Shown here: piece by piece, positions 1 through 10,140 of the stretch
Layout of the letters: every line of letters starts with the position of its first letter
Numbering within the stretch: position 1 is the stretch's first letter
Origin: a bacterium UBP13_UBA5359
Lineage (GTDB): Bacteria > UBP13 > UBA5359
NCBI GenBank assembly: GCA_002410925.1
Contig: DHPR01000015.1
Span: 1 to 64,000, forward strand
DNA length: 64,000 nt
Direction: 5' to 3'
Program-made: the position numbers and the translations under genes
Notes under the pieces: generated by a model
Told to the model about the DNA's origin: nothing
Seen by the model: only the letters and a program-made list of their open reading frames with translations
Databases searched by the model: none

Positions 1-463
1 GAAGAACGTGACATCTTAAAAAAAGCAGTCATCTTCTTCACGAAGGAGAGCGAAAGCGGTTCGAGTTTATAGCGGACCATGAAGGCCAGTTCTCCATAGA
101 GACAGGATGCCGAGTTCTGGGCGTATCCCCCAGTGGGTATTACGCTTATAAGCGACGTGACGCCAGCAGGCGTGAGGAAGATAACGTCAAACTGTTGGAG
201 GCCATAACGGATATCCATAAGGAGAGTAAAGAGATCTACGGAGTTCGCATGGTGCATAAAGAGCTTATAAAGAAGGGATGGGAGTGCTCTGTAAACCGGG
301 TAGCGCAGTTGATGCGAAGAGCCGGGCTCAAGTCTAAAACAGGTAAGAAGTTCAAGGTAACAACGGATTCTGAGCACAACTATCCGGTGGCGGATAATCT
401 GTTGAACCGGAACTTCAGCGTAGACGAGCCTAATAAAGCCTGGGTGGGAGACATAACGTATAT
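1..463 (+). mobile_element. Truncated IS3-family insertion sequence (3' end of orfA plus 5' part of orfB)
   Basis: Frame 1 reads EERDILKKAVIFF (typical orfA end, stop at 70-72). An A7G slippery site lies at 18-25. The -1 frame reads CRVLGVSPSGYY...IYGVRMVHKEL...RVAQLMRRAGL...TTDSEH..PVADNLLNRNF...PNKAWVGDITY. Similarity stops right after DITY, so the rest of the DDE domain is missing. Confidence 0.9.
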
Positions 464-706
464 GCAAAATACGCAGACGCAAGGATCGTTATTGCTGCTT
501 GGTTTTGCCTCTATTTTTGCCGAGTGCAGTATTGATTGCGATAAAAACTCTCCAATAACACAGGAGTTTTACGCTATGGTACAAAACAAATTCCAATATG
601 CGATTTCGGGCTTGACTTTTTGAAAATGTCATAGTAATAGTGCGTCTTTGCTAATTAAGACGCATCGGGGATAATTCATATAATCGAAATAAATAAAAAA
701 TGAAAT

Positions 707-1276
707 TTGGATGCGGCTATGAGAAAGAGATTATCTGAAATGACATTAGAAGAGCTATGGGAGCTTTTCCCAATACGACTTTGCTCCCATAATCGCTGCT
801 GGAGATCATGGTATGATGAAGAACATGATGCGCTCTTAAAAAGGCTTCCGTTCGGCACTCGAATTTATCATATTGGCAGTACTGCTATTGAAACTATATG
901 GGCCAAGCCTATTGTTGATTTGCTGATAGAAGTAAACTCTGATGAGATTTCTTGCGTTGATAAGATCATTACGGATAGCGGTTATATTTGCATGAATGTA
1001 GAAGCTGATCGGCGGGACTATAACAAAGGCTATACCGAAAACGGATTTGCAGAGCGAGTATTCCATCTTCATTTGAGAATAATCGGGGACCATGATGAGC
1101 TGTATTTTCGGGATTATCTAATTGCCCATCCGGACATTGCCAGGGACTATGAAACGCTTAAATTGTCTTTGTGGAAAAAGTATGAACACGACCGGGATGG
1201 ATATACAAATGCAAAACACGCCTTCATTACGAAGTGGACTCAAAAAGCAAAGCAAGAATATGCAAACCGATATTGA
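707..1276 (+). CDS. GrpB/UPF0157 family nucleotidyltransferase-fold protein
   Basis: Motifs HIGSTAI, AKPIVDLLIEV, FHLHL, FRDYL..HP, Y..LK and YT.AK..FI. The start may be ATG 719 or 739. Confidence 0.85.
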   Translation: MDAAMRKRLSEMTLEELWELFPIRLCSHNRCWRSWYDEEHDALLKRLPFGTRIYHIGSTAIETIWAKPIVDLLIEVNSDEISCVDKIITDSGYICMNVEADRRDYNKGYTENGFAERVFHLHLRIIGDHDELYFRDYLIAHPDIARDYETLKLSLWKKYEHDRDGYTNAKHAFITKWTQKAKQEYANRY

Positions 1277-1302
1277 CATCATTCACCGTTCACTGATAGC
1301 CT

Positions 1303-1336
1303 AGGCACACTTGTAGCAAATGCTGCAAGTGTGCCT
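1303..1336. terminator. Probable bidirectional terminator hairpin between convergent genes
   Basis: AGGCACACTTGTAGCA-AA-TGCTGCAAGTGTGCCT: a 16-bp inverted repeat with one G-U pair, between the grpB-family and ankyrin stop codons. Confidence 0.7.
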
Positions 1337-1407
1337 TATGGAATTAGCTGCGTTGATAATTGTTTCGGTTACAAAAAAGCCGTTCTTTCTGAGGAGCTGC
1401 TTTTCCT

Positions 1408-3879
1408 TTATCTTTTTTCAGGATCTGCAGCAGCCTGAAGGAGGGCAACTATGTCGGTAAAACCGTTTCTCATAGCGTAATACATGGGCGTATGCTTGGC
1501 AATATCTCTAATACCTGGAGTTGCTCCTTTGTCGAGGAGCATGATTACTATATTTTTATTACCTGCATTGGCGGAAAAATGCAAAGGCGTAAGATCTTTG
1601 TCATTGCGTGCGTTTGGATCGGCGCCTTTTTCTAGAAGGATTTTGACGATGCTATCAAAACTGTTAAAAACCGCGTTGTGCAGCGGAGTCCATTTCTTGG
1701 CATCCTGTGCGTTAATATTTGCTTTATTAGTGAGCAGTATGTTTACCATCTCTTTATTGTCTGCATTGGCTGCGTAGTGCAGAGGAGTGAGCTTTTCATT
1801 GTTCGAGGCATTTATATCGGCACCGGCGTTCAGAAGCATGGCAGCAATATTTGCATTGCTTTTATAGGCAGCATTATGCAATGGCGTCCATCCGTTGAGA
1901 TCTTTCATATTAACATTCGCTCTATTCTTTATTAAAAGATTTACTATCTCCTTGTGATCGGTGAGTGCTGCCAGGTGAAGCGGTGTTATGCCCGTGGTGA
2001 GGGTAGGATTGGCATTGGCTTCGGAGAGTATCAGCGAAGCAACAATCTCTGCGTAACCGCTATAAGCGGCAAGATGCAGGGCTGTCCAGCCATCTGTATT
2101 TGCGGCATCAACAGCTGCGCCATTAGCGATTAAAAGATTTGTTATACTTAGATGCCCTCTTCTAGCTGCTATATGCAATGGAGTGACTTTATCTATAGAG
2201 GGTGCATTCACGTTAGCTTTATAGCTTAGCAGCAGTTTAGGTATTTCCAATATATCCTGTGCGACAGCTCTGTGCAAAGGTGTTATTCCATTCTTGTCGG
2301 CAATATTTACCTTCATACTCTTTGCCTGCAGGATGACCTGAGTTTGCTGCAAGCTCTTTGCCGCGGCAAGATGTAACGGCGTCTCGCCTGTATCGTTAGC
2401 GGCATTGACATTGGCACCGTTATTGATAAGCCATCTGGTCATATTAGGGAAATCACTGTTAGCACTCAGGTGAAGAGGTGTGTTGCCGGTATTATCAGAT
2501 GCGTTAATATCGGCACCTGCGGTGAGCAGGTCTGTAGCCTCTTTTTCATTGCCGCTGAGGGCTACTTTGTGAAGCGCTGTATAGCCCTCTTTATCTCTGG
2601 CGTTAATATCTGCACCCTGGTTGGTGAGAAGCCAGGCCACTTTACGATGCTCACAGATAACCGCCCAATAGAGTGGCGTAAAACCTTTCTTGTCCATAAT
2701 GCCAATATCGGCTTTGCATGATATGAGAAGATGCGCCATATCCAGGTGTCCCCAAAAAGCCGCTTTGTGTAAAGGGGTCATGCCGTCGTTATCCGCGGCA
2801 TCGACATTGGCGCCGTTGCTGATAAGTAAGCGGGCAAAGGCATTATGACCCCATAAAGCGGCAAAATGTAATGGAGACCATTGGCTGGCATTAACGGCAT
2901 TGACTTCGGCCGCACGGCTAAGCAGCGCTTTGGCGATATCCTGATAACCCCAGAAGGTGGCTTTGTGTAAAGGCGTTTCACCGGCGTTATCTCTGCAATT
3001 TGGATCAGCTCCGCGCATAAGCAGCAGTTCAACGATCTCTGTTTTGCCGTTAAATGCGGCTTTATGCAAAGGGGTAAAGCCGCATTTATCCTTGATTTCA
3101 GGGTCTGTCCCTTTATCAAGAAGGAGCAAAACCATAGCTCGTTTTCCTTCGGATGTGGCGTAGTGCAGAGCTGTGAGCGATTTCTCATCCTTTGCATTTA
3201 CGTCGGCGGAGCGCTGCAGCAAGGCATCGGCTATCTCTGTTGTTGAATACCTTACGGCTGCGTGCAGAGGCAAGAGGCCGTTCTCCGCACATTCAACGAG
3301 CATGGGGTTGCTGTTAAGGAGAGCCTGAATTTTTTCAATATCTCTATTGATTATATAATCGATCAAACCTGGCCTGGCTCCGTTAGCGACAAGGTAGTCG
3401 AAAATTTTACTTTGGTGCGCCATAGCGGCACAACGAAGAGGGGTTGCTCCAGTCTCATCCTTGGCGTTTAAGAAGGACGGATTAGCTTTTAATAAAGCAG
3501 CTAAACCGGTAATATCGCCATTCTTTGCTAAAGTGTGTATAGTTGTTTCTGTGGTAAGGGTTTGCAGATACTGCACAAGGTTGCTGCGCTTAAGCCTTGT
3601 CGCCCAGTCCAATGGGGTCAGACCGTTTTTGTCGTAAACAGCTATATTCGCACCCCTGGCAAGCAGAAACTTGACTATATTTGTCTGCTCTTTTATTACT
3701 GCCCAATGAAGCAGTGTCAAGCCCTCATTATCGGTAGCGTTTAGAAGTTCGGGAGATGCTTCGATAAGCGCACTTATGCCCTGCAGATCTCCGTGATTGA
3801 TCATATCGTGTATATTGGAAGCCGCTGCCGGCATGCAGAAAAAGAGCAGTAGAAATAAATAGACGAATAACCTGTTCAT
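1408..3879 (-). CDS. Secreted ankyrin-repeat protein (~24 repeats)
   Basis: Signal peptide MNRLFVYLFLLLFFCMPAAA followed by tandem 33-aa G.TPLH.AA..G...IV.LLL..GAD.NA.D units to the C-terminus. Confidence 0.95.
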   Translation of the reverse strand: MNRLFVYLFLLLFFCMPAAASNIHDMINHGDLQGISALIEASPELLNATDNEGLTLLHWAVIKEQTNIVKFLLARGANIAVYDKNGLTPLDWATRLKRSNLVQYLQTLTTETTIHTLAKNGDITGLAALLKANPSFLNAKDETGATPLRCAAMAHQSKIFDYLVANGARPGLIDYIINRDIEKIQALLNSNPMLVECAENGLLPLHAAVRYSTTEIADALLQRSADVNAKDEKSLTALHYATSEGKRAMVLLLLDKGTDPEIKDKCGFTPLHKAAFNGKTEIVELLLMRGADPNCRDNAGETPLHKATFWGYQDIAKALLSRAAEVNAVNASQWSPLHFAALWGHNAFARLLISNGANVDAADNDGMTPLHKAAFWGHLDMAHLLISCKADIGIMDKKGFTPLYWAVICEHRKVAWLLTNQGADINARDKEGYTALHKVALSGNEKEATDLLTAGADINASDNTGNTPLHLSANSDFPNMTRWLINNGANVNAANDTGETPLHLAAAKSLQQTQVILQAKSMKVNIADKNGITPLHRAVAQDILEIPKLLLSYKANVNAPSIDKVTPLHIAARRGHLSITNLLIANGAAVDAANTDGWTALHLAAYSGYAEIVASLILSEANANPTLTTGITPLHLAALTDHKEIVNLLIKNRANVNMKDLNGWTPLHNAAYKSNANIAAMLLNAGADINASNNEKLTPLHYAANADNKEMVNILLTNKANINAQDAKKWTPLHNAVFNSFDSIVKILLEKGADPNARNDKDLTPLHFSANAGNKNIVIMLLDKGATPGIRDIAKHTPMYYAMRNGFTDIVALLQAAADPEKR

Positions 3880-3902
3880 AATTCCTCTTTCTACCGTTAT
3901 GT

Positions 3903-4967
3903 CTATTTCTTATTAACCGCCTGGATTTCCAGTTGATCTTCTGTAACGGCGACGGTATCGGTGAAGGCCTGGCAAATATACGGATCATTGATATTTTGAA
4001 CCCAGGAAACCGTAACCGTATATCCTTCAGGCTTCAGGTCGTTATCAAGGAAGAAGCTCGGCTTATCGAGGACAATATGTTTGAGCTCTCTGGGGCCGAT
4101 GACAAGGTCTACTTCATAATGCATATTCTCATTGTTGCGGCTAACAAGGTTGGCCTCGGAAGCATCTTCCTGAGAAATATCGGATTGCCTGGGTTGCTCC
4201 TCCGTGATTGCAGACCTTGGTGTGCGTTGTATAGCTTTACGCTCCGGAGCTTTTCTTGGAGTATTAACGGGGAGGCCGTCCCGGGCACCCGGCATCAACA
4301 GCATCATATCCTGGTCAATGCCTTCTGTTGCAGGCTTTGCAGGGGGAGTCGAGTCTGTTTCCAGAATAAGCCTGGCTGCATTTTTACGCCCGAAATCGAT
4401 ATCCGAACTATTTCTCAATAAGACATAAGCAGTCCATTCATTTTTCGATTTAATCTTAAGAACGCTGCTGCTTCCCGATACCTTTACGGGTTTTTTTACG
4501 AAACCGACAAATAAAACGTCGATAGGCGATTCCTGCATTTCAAAAACCACCTTATCAACGATAATAAACCCATCAACAGATACTTTATGCAGATAAAAGC
4601 CGGAATAAATCAAAAGAGCTCTTAGTGATTCATCCGGCTTCGATATACCGGCATTTTTCATTAACTCTCGTATGCTGTTAACAAGGTTATCTCTCTCTTC
4701 AGGCTTGGCGCGGAGCAGCCGCACAGCTTGCTGAGCAATACTTAAGCGAGGATCGTTCTGGTGTATTTTAAGTCCGTAATCTATCCAGGCCATACCATTA
4801 TCATACTCTTCCTGGGCCAAAAAAGCGGCACTATAGTCAAGACACTCTTCTACCGTGGCTTTAGCCTGCTTTGTTTCCGGTTCTGCGCACGAACCGCAGG
4901 AAAGAATAGAAATAATCGAAATGAGAACGGTGGTAACTATGAATGACAGCTTTGATGATATTCTCAT
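3903..4967 (-). CDS. Exported or membrane-anchored hypothetical protein with an N-terminal TPR-like helix pair
   Basis: 354-aa ORF with RBS GAGGAG, a hydrophobic N-terminus ending ILSCGSC (possible lipoprotein) and a TPR-like segment AAFLAQEEYDNGMAWIDYGLKIHQND. It ends 23 bp before the ankyrin gene. Confidence 0.7.
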   Translation of the reverse strand: MRISSKLSFIVTTVLISIISILSCGSCAEPETKQAKATVEECLDYSAAFLAQEEYDNGMAWIDYGLKIHQNDPRLSIAQQAVRLLRAKPEERDNLVNSIRELMKNAGISKPDESLRALLIYSGFYLHKVSVDGFIIVDKVVFEMQESPIDVLFVGFVKKPVKVSGSSSVLKIKSKNEWTAYVLLRNSSDIDFGRKNAARLILETDSTPPAKPATEGIDQDMMLLMPGARDGLPVNTPRKAPERKAIQRTPRSAITEEQPRQSDISQEDASEANLVSRNNENMHYEVDLVIGPRELKHIVLDKPSFFLDNDLKPEGYTVTVSWVQNINDPYICQAFTDTVAVTEDQLEIQAVNKK

Positions 4968-5258
4968 TACTTGCTCCTCATGCTATATATAATAATGTTA
5001 TACATATTTAATATTCAACAACACCGATCGCTTGTCCTGCTAGCAGATTTTAAACTACGGAGTTTCTTAACGGGGTTCGCTCAGCTGGCAATTGTTCAGC
5101 TGCGCGGAGCTGTCTCTCAATCATATTTGTAATCTTTTTTTAGCATGTGATAGAATTTAATGATTGCTATTTTAATGCAATGACATTTTTGGTATTGATT
5201 TTGTGGAGAGAATAAAGTGACGGCCGACAAATATATTTAACAATGGAAGGTAGCAAAC

Positions 5259-5531
5259 ATGAACAAGATAGCAGCAACATTTAACAGAGCCGGCAAGCGT
5301 TATTACAAAGCGGGCAAATATACGGAAGCTGTAGATGCCTTTATGACGGGGATTGCATATGATCCCAAGAATGCTTCTTTGCGTTATAATCTTGCCGCTG
5401 CGCTTTTTAAAAGCGGAGATTATAGCTCTTCTGCGCTGGAAGCGGAGAAAGCGCTGGCTATTGATCCTGATTACGAAAAGGCTAGAGATCTGCTTGACAG
5501 CTTGAGAGCAATGTGGCTGGTAGATAAATAG
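5259..5531 (+). CDS. Small tetratricopeptide-repeat protein
   Basis: Two TPRs: AGKRYYKAGKYTEAVDAF...YDPKN and YNLAAALFKSGDYSSS...EKALAIDPDY. Confidence 0.85.
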   Translation: MNKIAATFNRAGKRYYKAGKYTEAVDAFMTGIAYDPKNASLRYNLAAALFKSGDYSSSALEAEKALAIDPDYEKARDLLDSLRAMWLVDK

Positions 5532-5546
5532 ATAAAGGAGGTCGCT

Positions 5547-5843
5547 ATGTCAACTTTCACGGAACGTTTGCTGCTGATGGGTATGGGTGGCTTTGCAGTA
5601 GCCCAGGATACCGTTCGGGATCTGATGGATGATCTTGTAAGACGCGGAGAGATGAGTCGTGAAGATGCTCATGGCCTGGCGAGGGATCTGGAGGAACGCG
5701 GACGTAGGGAGCGTGAAGAGCTCAGCGATATGATCAGAACACAGATAACCGGCATGATAGAGCGGGCTGACATTGCTACTAAATCCGATATACGCAGTCT
5801 GGAAGAGCGATTGGATGATTTGGAGAAGAAGCTATCCATGTAG
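5547..5843 (+). CDS. Phasin-family (PHA granule-associated/regulator-like) protein
   Basis: LLLMGMGG...DLVRRGEMSREDA...ATKSDIRSLEERLDDLEKK; strong RBS AAGGAGG. Confidence 0.8.
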   Translation: MSTFTERLLLMGMGGFAVAQDTVRDLMDDLVRRGEMSREDAHGLARDLEERGRREREELSDMIRTQITGMIERADIATKSDIRSLEERLDDLEKKLSM

Positions 5844-5857
5844 TTCAGAGGTGTTCG

Positions 5858-6865
5858 GTGCGGAGATCTGCTGCCTTTTTTTTATCGGTACTCGTTACGG
5901 TAATCGCTTTGCTGGCAGTTTGCAAACGCGGTCTTTCCCTTTGCAGCAGGGAGTATTACATGATGGGTACCATAGTGAGGATCACTTTGCCCCTTCGTTA
6001 TAGTGATGCCGCCGCTGAAACGGCTCACAGGATGCGCCATATTGCTTCACAGGTTAACGCTTTCTCTGCTGCCGGTGATATAGCATGTATCAACAGATCG
6101 GTAAAGCCTGTGAAGGTTTCTGCTGCTACTTTTCAGCTGCTGAGAGCAGGCCTGGATCTCTGCAAAAAGACGGATGGCGCCTTTGATATAACCTGTGGCC
6201 GTTTGTCCGAAATTTGGGGCTTCAAGGAGGGAAAGTATCGTATTCCGAAAGATAGTGAGATCGAGCGGGCGCTCACCGGAGTGAATTATCGTTTGATAGA
6301 TCTTTCAGAGCCGTTTGTCGTATCCGGAAGAACGAAAAATACCAGGGTTGATCCGGGCGGTATAGCCAAGGGATTTATAGTCGATCGAGCGGTGGATTTT
6401 CTGATCGGCAGAGGTGTTCCTTATGGGATTATCGATGCCGGCGGTGATTTAAGGTGCTGGGGCACAAAGCCTCGAAAAAGACCGTGGGTTATCGGTGTGC
6501 AAAACCCCAGACATACCGATAGTATTATCGGCAGATTGCTTATCGATAGGCCTGCCGCTATCGCCACTTCTGGTGATTATCAGCGCTTTTTTATAAAGGA
6601 CGGCAAGAGATATTGCCACATCATGGATCCCTCAAGGGGCAGGCCGGCTGATAAGGTAATGAGTGCAACGGTTATAGGTGCTAATGCAGCAGAGACTGAT
6701 GCCATGGCTACCGCCGTATGCGTTTTGGGCGTGAAAAAGGGTTTGGAATTGCTGCGCAAAAATGGTATGGATGGTATTATCATCGATAAAGACGGCAGGA
6801 CGAGCTTTACCTCCGGGATTAGCAAGATATTTATTCAGGAAAAAGATAATGCGGTTCTACCCTGA
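5858..6865 (+). CDS. apbE: FAD:protein FMN transferase
   Basis: MGT, TDGAFDIT.G.L..IWGF, D.GGIAKGFIVD, DAGGDL, ATSGDYQRFF, HIMDP..G.P, DAMATA; N-terminal membrane anchor. Confidence 0.93.
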   Translation: MRRSAAFFLSVLVTVIALLAVCKRGLSLCSREYYMMGTIVRITLPLRYSDAAAETAHRMRHIASQVNAFSAAGDIACINRSVKPVKVSAATFQLLRAGLDLCKKTDGAFDITCGRLSEIWGFKEGKYRIPKDSEIERALTGVNYRLIDLSEPFVVSGRTKNTRVDPGGIAKGFIVDRAVDFLIGRGVPYGIIDAGGDLRCWGTKPRKRPWVIGVQNPRHTDSIIGRLLIDRPAAIATSGDYQRFFIKDGKRYCHIMDPSRGRPADKVMSATVIGANAAETDAMATAVCVLGVKKGLELLRKNGMDGIIIDKDGRTSFTSGISKIFIQEKDNAVLP

Positions 6866-6957
6866 TGCCCGCGAAGATGGCATATCGATCTCTCATTTCA
6901 TAGGCATAAGAGATCGAAGATGCAGGATAACCGGCATATAAATAGAATAATTACTTA

Positions 6958-7563
6958 ATGGCATCGCTGGATAGATACAAATCGCTTGTTCTGGCTTCCG
7001 CATCTCCTAGAAGGGCAGCTCTTCTGCGGCAGGTAACTGCTATCCCTTTTTGCATCATCAAGGTTGATGTAGATGAAGATATCTTTTTTGAAAAGTTGCC
7101 GCCGCAGGAGGCTGTGGTAAAGGCATCTGCTGAAAAGGCGATATTTGCGGCTGAACTCTTTCCCTCTTCTCTAATTATTGCGGCTGATACGGTGATCCTT
7201 TGCGAGGGAGCCGTAATGAGAAAACCGTCGGATATATCTGAAGCCAGAGAGATGCTGATTAGACTTCGAAATCGTGTTCATTCGGTTTTAACCGGATTAT
7301 CGGTTATCGGCCGGAGGGGGATAAGTTCAGATATAGTTGCAACTGAGGTGGAGATGCGATCTTTCAGCGATACCGAGCTTGATCTCTATCTTGCATCCGG
7401 AGAACCATTTGATAAAGCCGGAGCTTATGCCATACAAGGGCGTGGAGCATTGCTGGTTAAAAGAGTGTGCGGCTGCTATTATAATATAGTCGGTCTGCCG
7501 CTGGCTCGGCTGGAGGAGATGTTGCTGGAAAACGAGGTGACTCTGCTTAAAAATGATTTATAA
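6958..7563 (+). CDS. maf: Maf-family nucleoside triphosphate pyrophosphatase
   Basis: LASASPRR, AADTVI, KP, EPFDKAGAYAIQG, YYNIVGLP. Confidence 0.95.
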   Translation: MASLDRYKSLVLASASPRRAALLRQVTAIPFCIIKVDVDEDIFFEKLPPQEAVVKASAEKAIFAAELFPSSLIIAADTVILCEGAVMRKPSDISEAREMLIRLRNRVHSVLTGLSVIGRRGISSDIVATEVEMRSFSDTELDLYLASGEPFDKAGAYAIQGRGALLVKRVCGCYYNIVGLPLARLEEMLLENEVTLLKNDL

Positions 7564-8245
7564 TATGCCTATAAAGACGCTTCCGGAAGAAGATCGTCCC
7601 AGGGAGCGGCTCTTCAGGGATGGCGCGGAAGCGCTGGCTGATGCTGAACTATTAGCAATTATTATTGCCGTGGGAAATGACAGGGAATCTTCCAAGCGGT
7701 TGGCTGAAAGATTACTTGCTTTGGGTGGCTTGCGCTATCTTATGGATGCTACGGTGCAGGAATTAATGGAAATAAGGGGGATAGGCAAAGCCAAGGCGGC
7801 GCAGATTAAGAGTGCGGTGGAATTGGGATTGCGGTTGTCTGCTGAAAGGGTATCTCTGTGTCGTACGGTAATCAAGACGCCTGATGATGCAGCCAACTTG
7901 CTGATGGCAAGAATGCGCTATGGGGATAGGGAGGAGTTTAGGGCTATACTCCTTAATACCAAGAATCAGGTCCTTTCTATCCAGACGGTGTCTATAGGAA
8001 CTACCAATTCTTCACTAGCTCATCCGCGTGAAATGTTGCGAGCTGCTCTTAAGCATGGTGCGGTGGCTGTAATATTGGCTCATAATCATCCCAGTGGCGA
8101 TCCTCAACCCAGCCCGGAGGATATCAACGTTACGCGGCAATTAAAAGAGGCCGGTTCCATGGTAGGTATAACCATTTTGGATCACGTTATTATTGGGGAC
8201 GGAAGCTATGTAAGCCTAAAAGGGCAGGGTATGCTGAAAGATTAA
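7553..8245 (+). CDS. radC: RadC (JAB-domain) protein
   Basis: RPRERL...[13 protein letters not shown], HhH motif [30 protein letters not shown]. Confidence 0.95.
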   Translation: MIYNMPIKTLPEEDRPRERLFRDGAEALADAELLAIIIAVGNDRESSKRLAERLLALGGLRYLMDATVQELMEIRGIGKAKAAQIKSAVELGLRLSAERVSLCRTVIKTPDDAANLLMARMRYGDREEFRAILLNTKNQVLSIQTVSIGTTNSSLAHPREMLRAALKHGAVAVILAHNHPSGDPQPSPEDINVTRQLKEAGSMVGITILDHVIIGDGSYVSLKGQGMLKD

Positions 8246-8325
8246 GATGGCAGCAGGTAATAACCTGGATGCAAGAGTGCAAGATGAGGGGCTCTGTATT
8301 CAGCCTTCAAAAGGGGTATATTGGT

Positions 8326-9357
8326 ATGGCTTTAAATAAATATCTGTCTCGTTTTTCTCGGGATCTGGGCATAGATCTGGGAACAGCCAATACGCTGGTT
8401 CATGTCAGCGGCAAAGGAGTACTTCTACGTGAACCTTCCGTCGTCGCTATCGACAGTGAAAGCGGCACCGTTCTGGCAGTGGGCTCTGAGGCCAAGCGAA
8501 TGATAGGGCGTACTCCAGGCCATATAGTGGCTACCAGGCCTCTTAAGGACGGCGTGATTGCTGATTTCGATATCACAGAGGCTATGTTACGTCACTTTAT
8601 TCATAAAGTACATCTGCGCCGGGCGCTTGTTCGTCCCAGGGTCATTATCAGCATACCTTCAGGTGTTACTGAAGTGGAAAGGCGTGCGGTTATAGATGCT
8701 ACTCTGAGGGCAGGAGCGCGGGAAGCGCATCTGATAGAAGAGCCGATGGCGGCCGCCATCGGCTCAGGCTTGCCGATATCGGAGCCGATGGGCAGCATGA
8801 TAGTAGATATAGGCGGCGGCACTACGGAAGTAGCGGTGATATCGCTTGGGGGCATCGTTACCAGCCTCTCCATCAGGGTTGCAGGTGATGAGATTGATGA
8901 AGCGATTGTTCAGCATATTAAGAAGAGCTATAATGTGCTTATCGGCGAGCGTACGGCTGAAGAGATAAAGCTGGAGATAGGAACAACTCATCCACAGAGC
9001 GAAGAGATGACCATAGATATCAGGGGGCGGGATCTCTTTTCAGGATTGCCGAAGAGTCTGACAGTGACTAATTCTGAAATACGGGGAGCCTTATCCGAAC
9101 CTGTTGCCCTGATTATAGAAGCTGTGAAACAGACTTTAGAGAAGACGCCTCCCGAACTGGCTTCGGATATTATGAAAAGGGGGATTATCCTGGCCGGTGG
9201 AGGTGCCCTGTTAAGGGGATTGGATATTCTATTGAGCGAAGAGACGCAGGTGCCTGTATATATAGCTGACGACCCTCTGACGTGTGTTGCTGTAGGAGCA
9301 GGCAAGGCTCTTGAGGAAATTGATACTTTACGCAAGGCGTTGTTCAGCTCCAGGTAA
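8326..9357 (+). CDS. mreB: Rod shape-determining actin MreB
   Basis: [46 protein letters not shown]. Start moved to ATG 8326, which follows RBS AAGGGG. Confidence 0.97.
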   Translation: MALNKYLSRFSRDLGIDLGTANTLVHVSGKGVLLREPSVVAIDSESGTVLAVGSEAKRMIGRTPGHIVATRPLKDGVIADFDITEAMLRHFIHKVHLRRALVRPRVIISIPSGVTEVERRAVIDATLRAGAREAHLIEEPMAAAIGSGLPISEPMGSMIVDIGGGTTEVAVISLGGIVTSLSIRVAGDEIDEAIVQHIKKSYNVLIGERTAEEIKLEIGTTHPQSEEMTIDIRGRDLFSGLPKSLTVTNSEIRGALSEPVALIIEAVKQTLEKTPPELASDIMKRGIILAGGGALLRGLDILLSEETQVPVYIADDPLTCVAVGAGKALEEIDTLRKALFSSR

Positions 9358-9363
9358 GGGATA

Positions 9364-10140
9364 ATGAAAGCAAGGACTTTATTATATTCATTGCTGGCCG
9401 GAACCGTTCTAGTGGTTTTTATCGGGCATAGCGATATTGCGGATAACGTCGGAGGAATCGGCTATCTGGCGATAAAGCCTTTAGTTAAAGGAGGCAATGC
9501 CATTGCCGGCAGATTAGCAGAAGGCTTTGTCGGGTGTTTTGCCAACGCGCGGTATCTGTTGGAGACGAATCGTCAGCTCAGGCGCCAGAATGAGGCTCTG
9601 CAAACGGCGTTAATAATGTATGAGGTTGCTTATCTTGATAATATAAATCTTAGAAAGATGATGGATCTCTCCATACCGGCAAAGGCTACTATTTATACTA
9701 CGGTTGTCGGGCGTGACGGGCAGGTAATGTATATTGATAAGGGTTATGAAAAGGGAGTGAGAGCCGATCAGGTCGTCGTATCTTCGGAAGGGGCTGTGGT
9801 TGGACGTGTTATTGCAGTATATCCCACAGGAGCAAAGGTAATGGGTGTTACTGATGAACGCAGCTATGTGGGTGCAATCGTCTCAAAAGACAGACATCCA
9901 TGTGTAATGCATGGCACAGGAGAAGGGAAGGCGGAGTTACTCTATCTGCCTATTGAAAGCACTGCCGCTGCCGGTTCAGGAGTACTGACCTCGGGAATTG
10001 GAGGTATTTATCCGCACGGGCTTATGCTGGGACGTATCGTTTCCATAGCTGAGGATAAACATACTATGATGAAAAGAGCCGTTGTTGCTTCTGCCTCCAG
10101 GCCTGAATTGCTGAAGGAAGTAATGGTGTTGAGGAGATGA
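9364..10140 (+). CDS. mreC: Rod shape-determining protein MreC
   Basis: N-terminal TM, coiled coil ETNRQLRRQNEAL, IDKG...GV, TSGIGGIYPHGL..G; follows mreB. Confidence 0.9.
   Translation: MKARTLLYSLLAGTVLVVFIGHSDIADNVGGIGYLAIKPLVKGGNAIAGRLAEGFVGCFANARYLLETNRQLRRQNEALQTALIMYEVAYLDNINLRKMMDLSIPAKATIYTTVVGRDGQVMYIDKGYEKGVRADQVVVSSEGAVVGRVIAVYPTGAKVMGVTDERSYVGAIVSKDRHPCVMHGTGEGKAELLYLPIESTAAAGSGVLTSGIGGIYPHGLMLGRIVSIAEDKHTMMKRAVVASASRPELLKEVMVLRR

Noticed and set aside
464-623. C-terminal 54 aa of the 195..623 ORF as a real protein domain
   Set aside because: It is read-through from the broken transposase into unrelated sequence and has no recognisable motif.
641-1336. grpB-family gene flanked by hairpins (641-664 and 1303-1336) as an integron cassette
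   Set aside because: No RYYYAAC/GTTRRRY attC boundaries and no integrase are visible; ordinary regulatory or terminator hairpins explain it.
8296-8319. GTATTC-N12-GGGTAT as a SigB promoter for mreB
   Set aside because: The -10 overlaps the RBS only 6 nt before the start codon, and the -35 match is poor.
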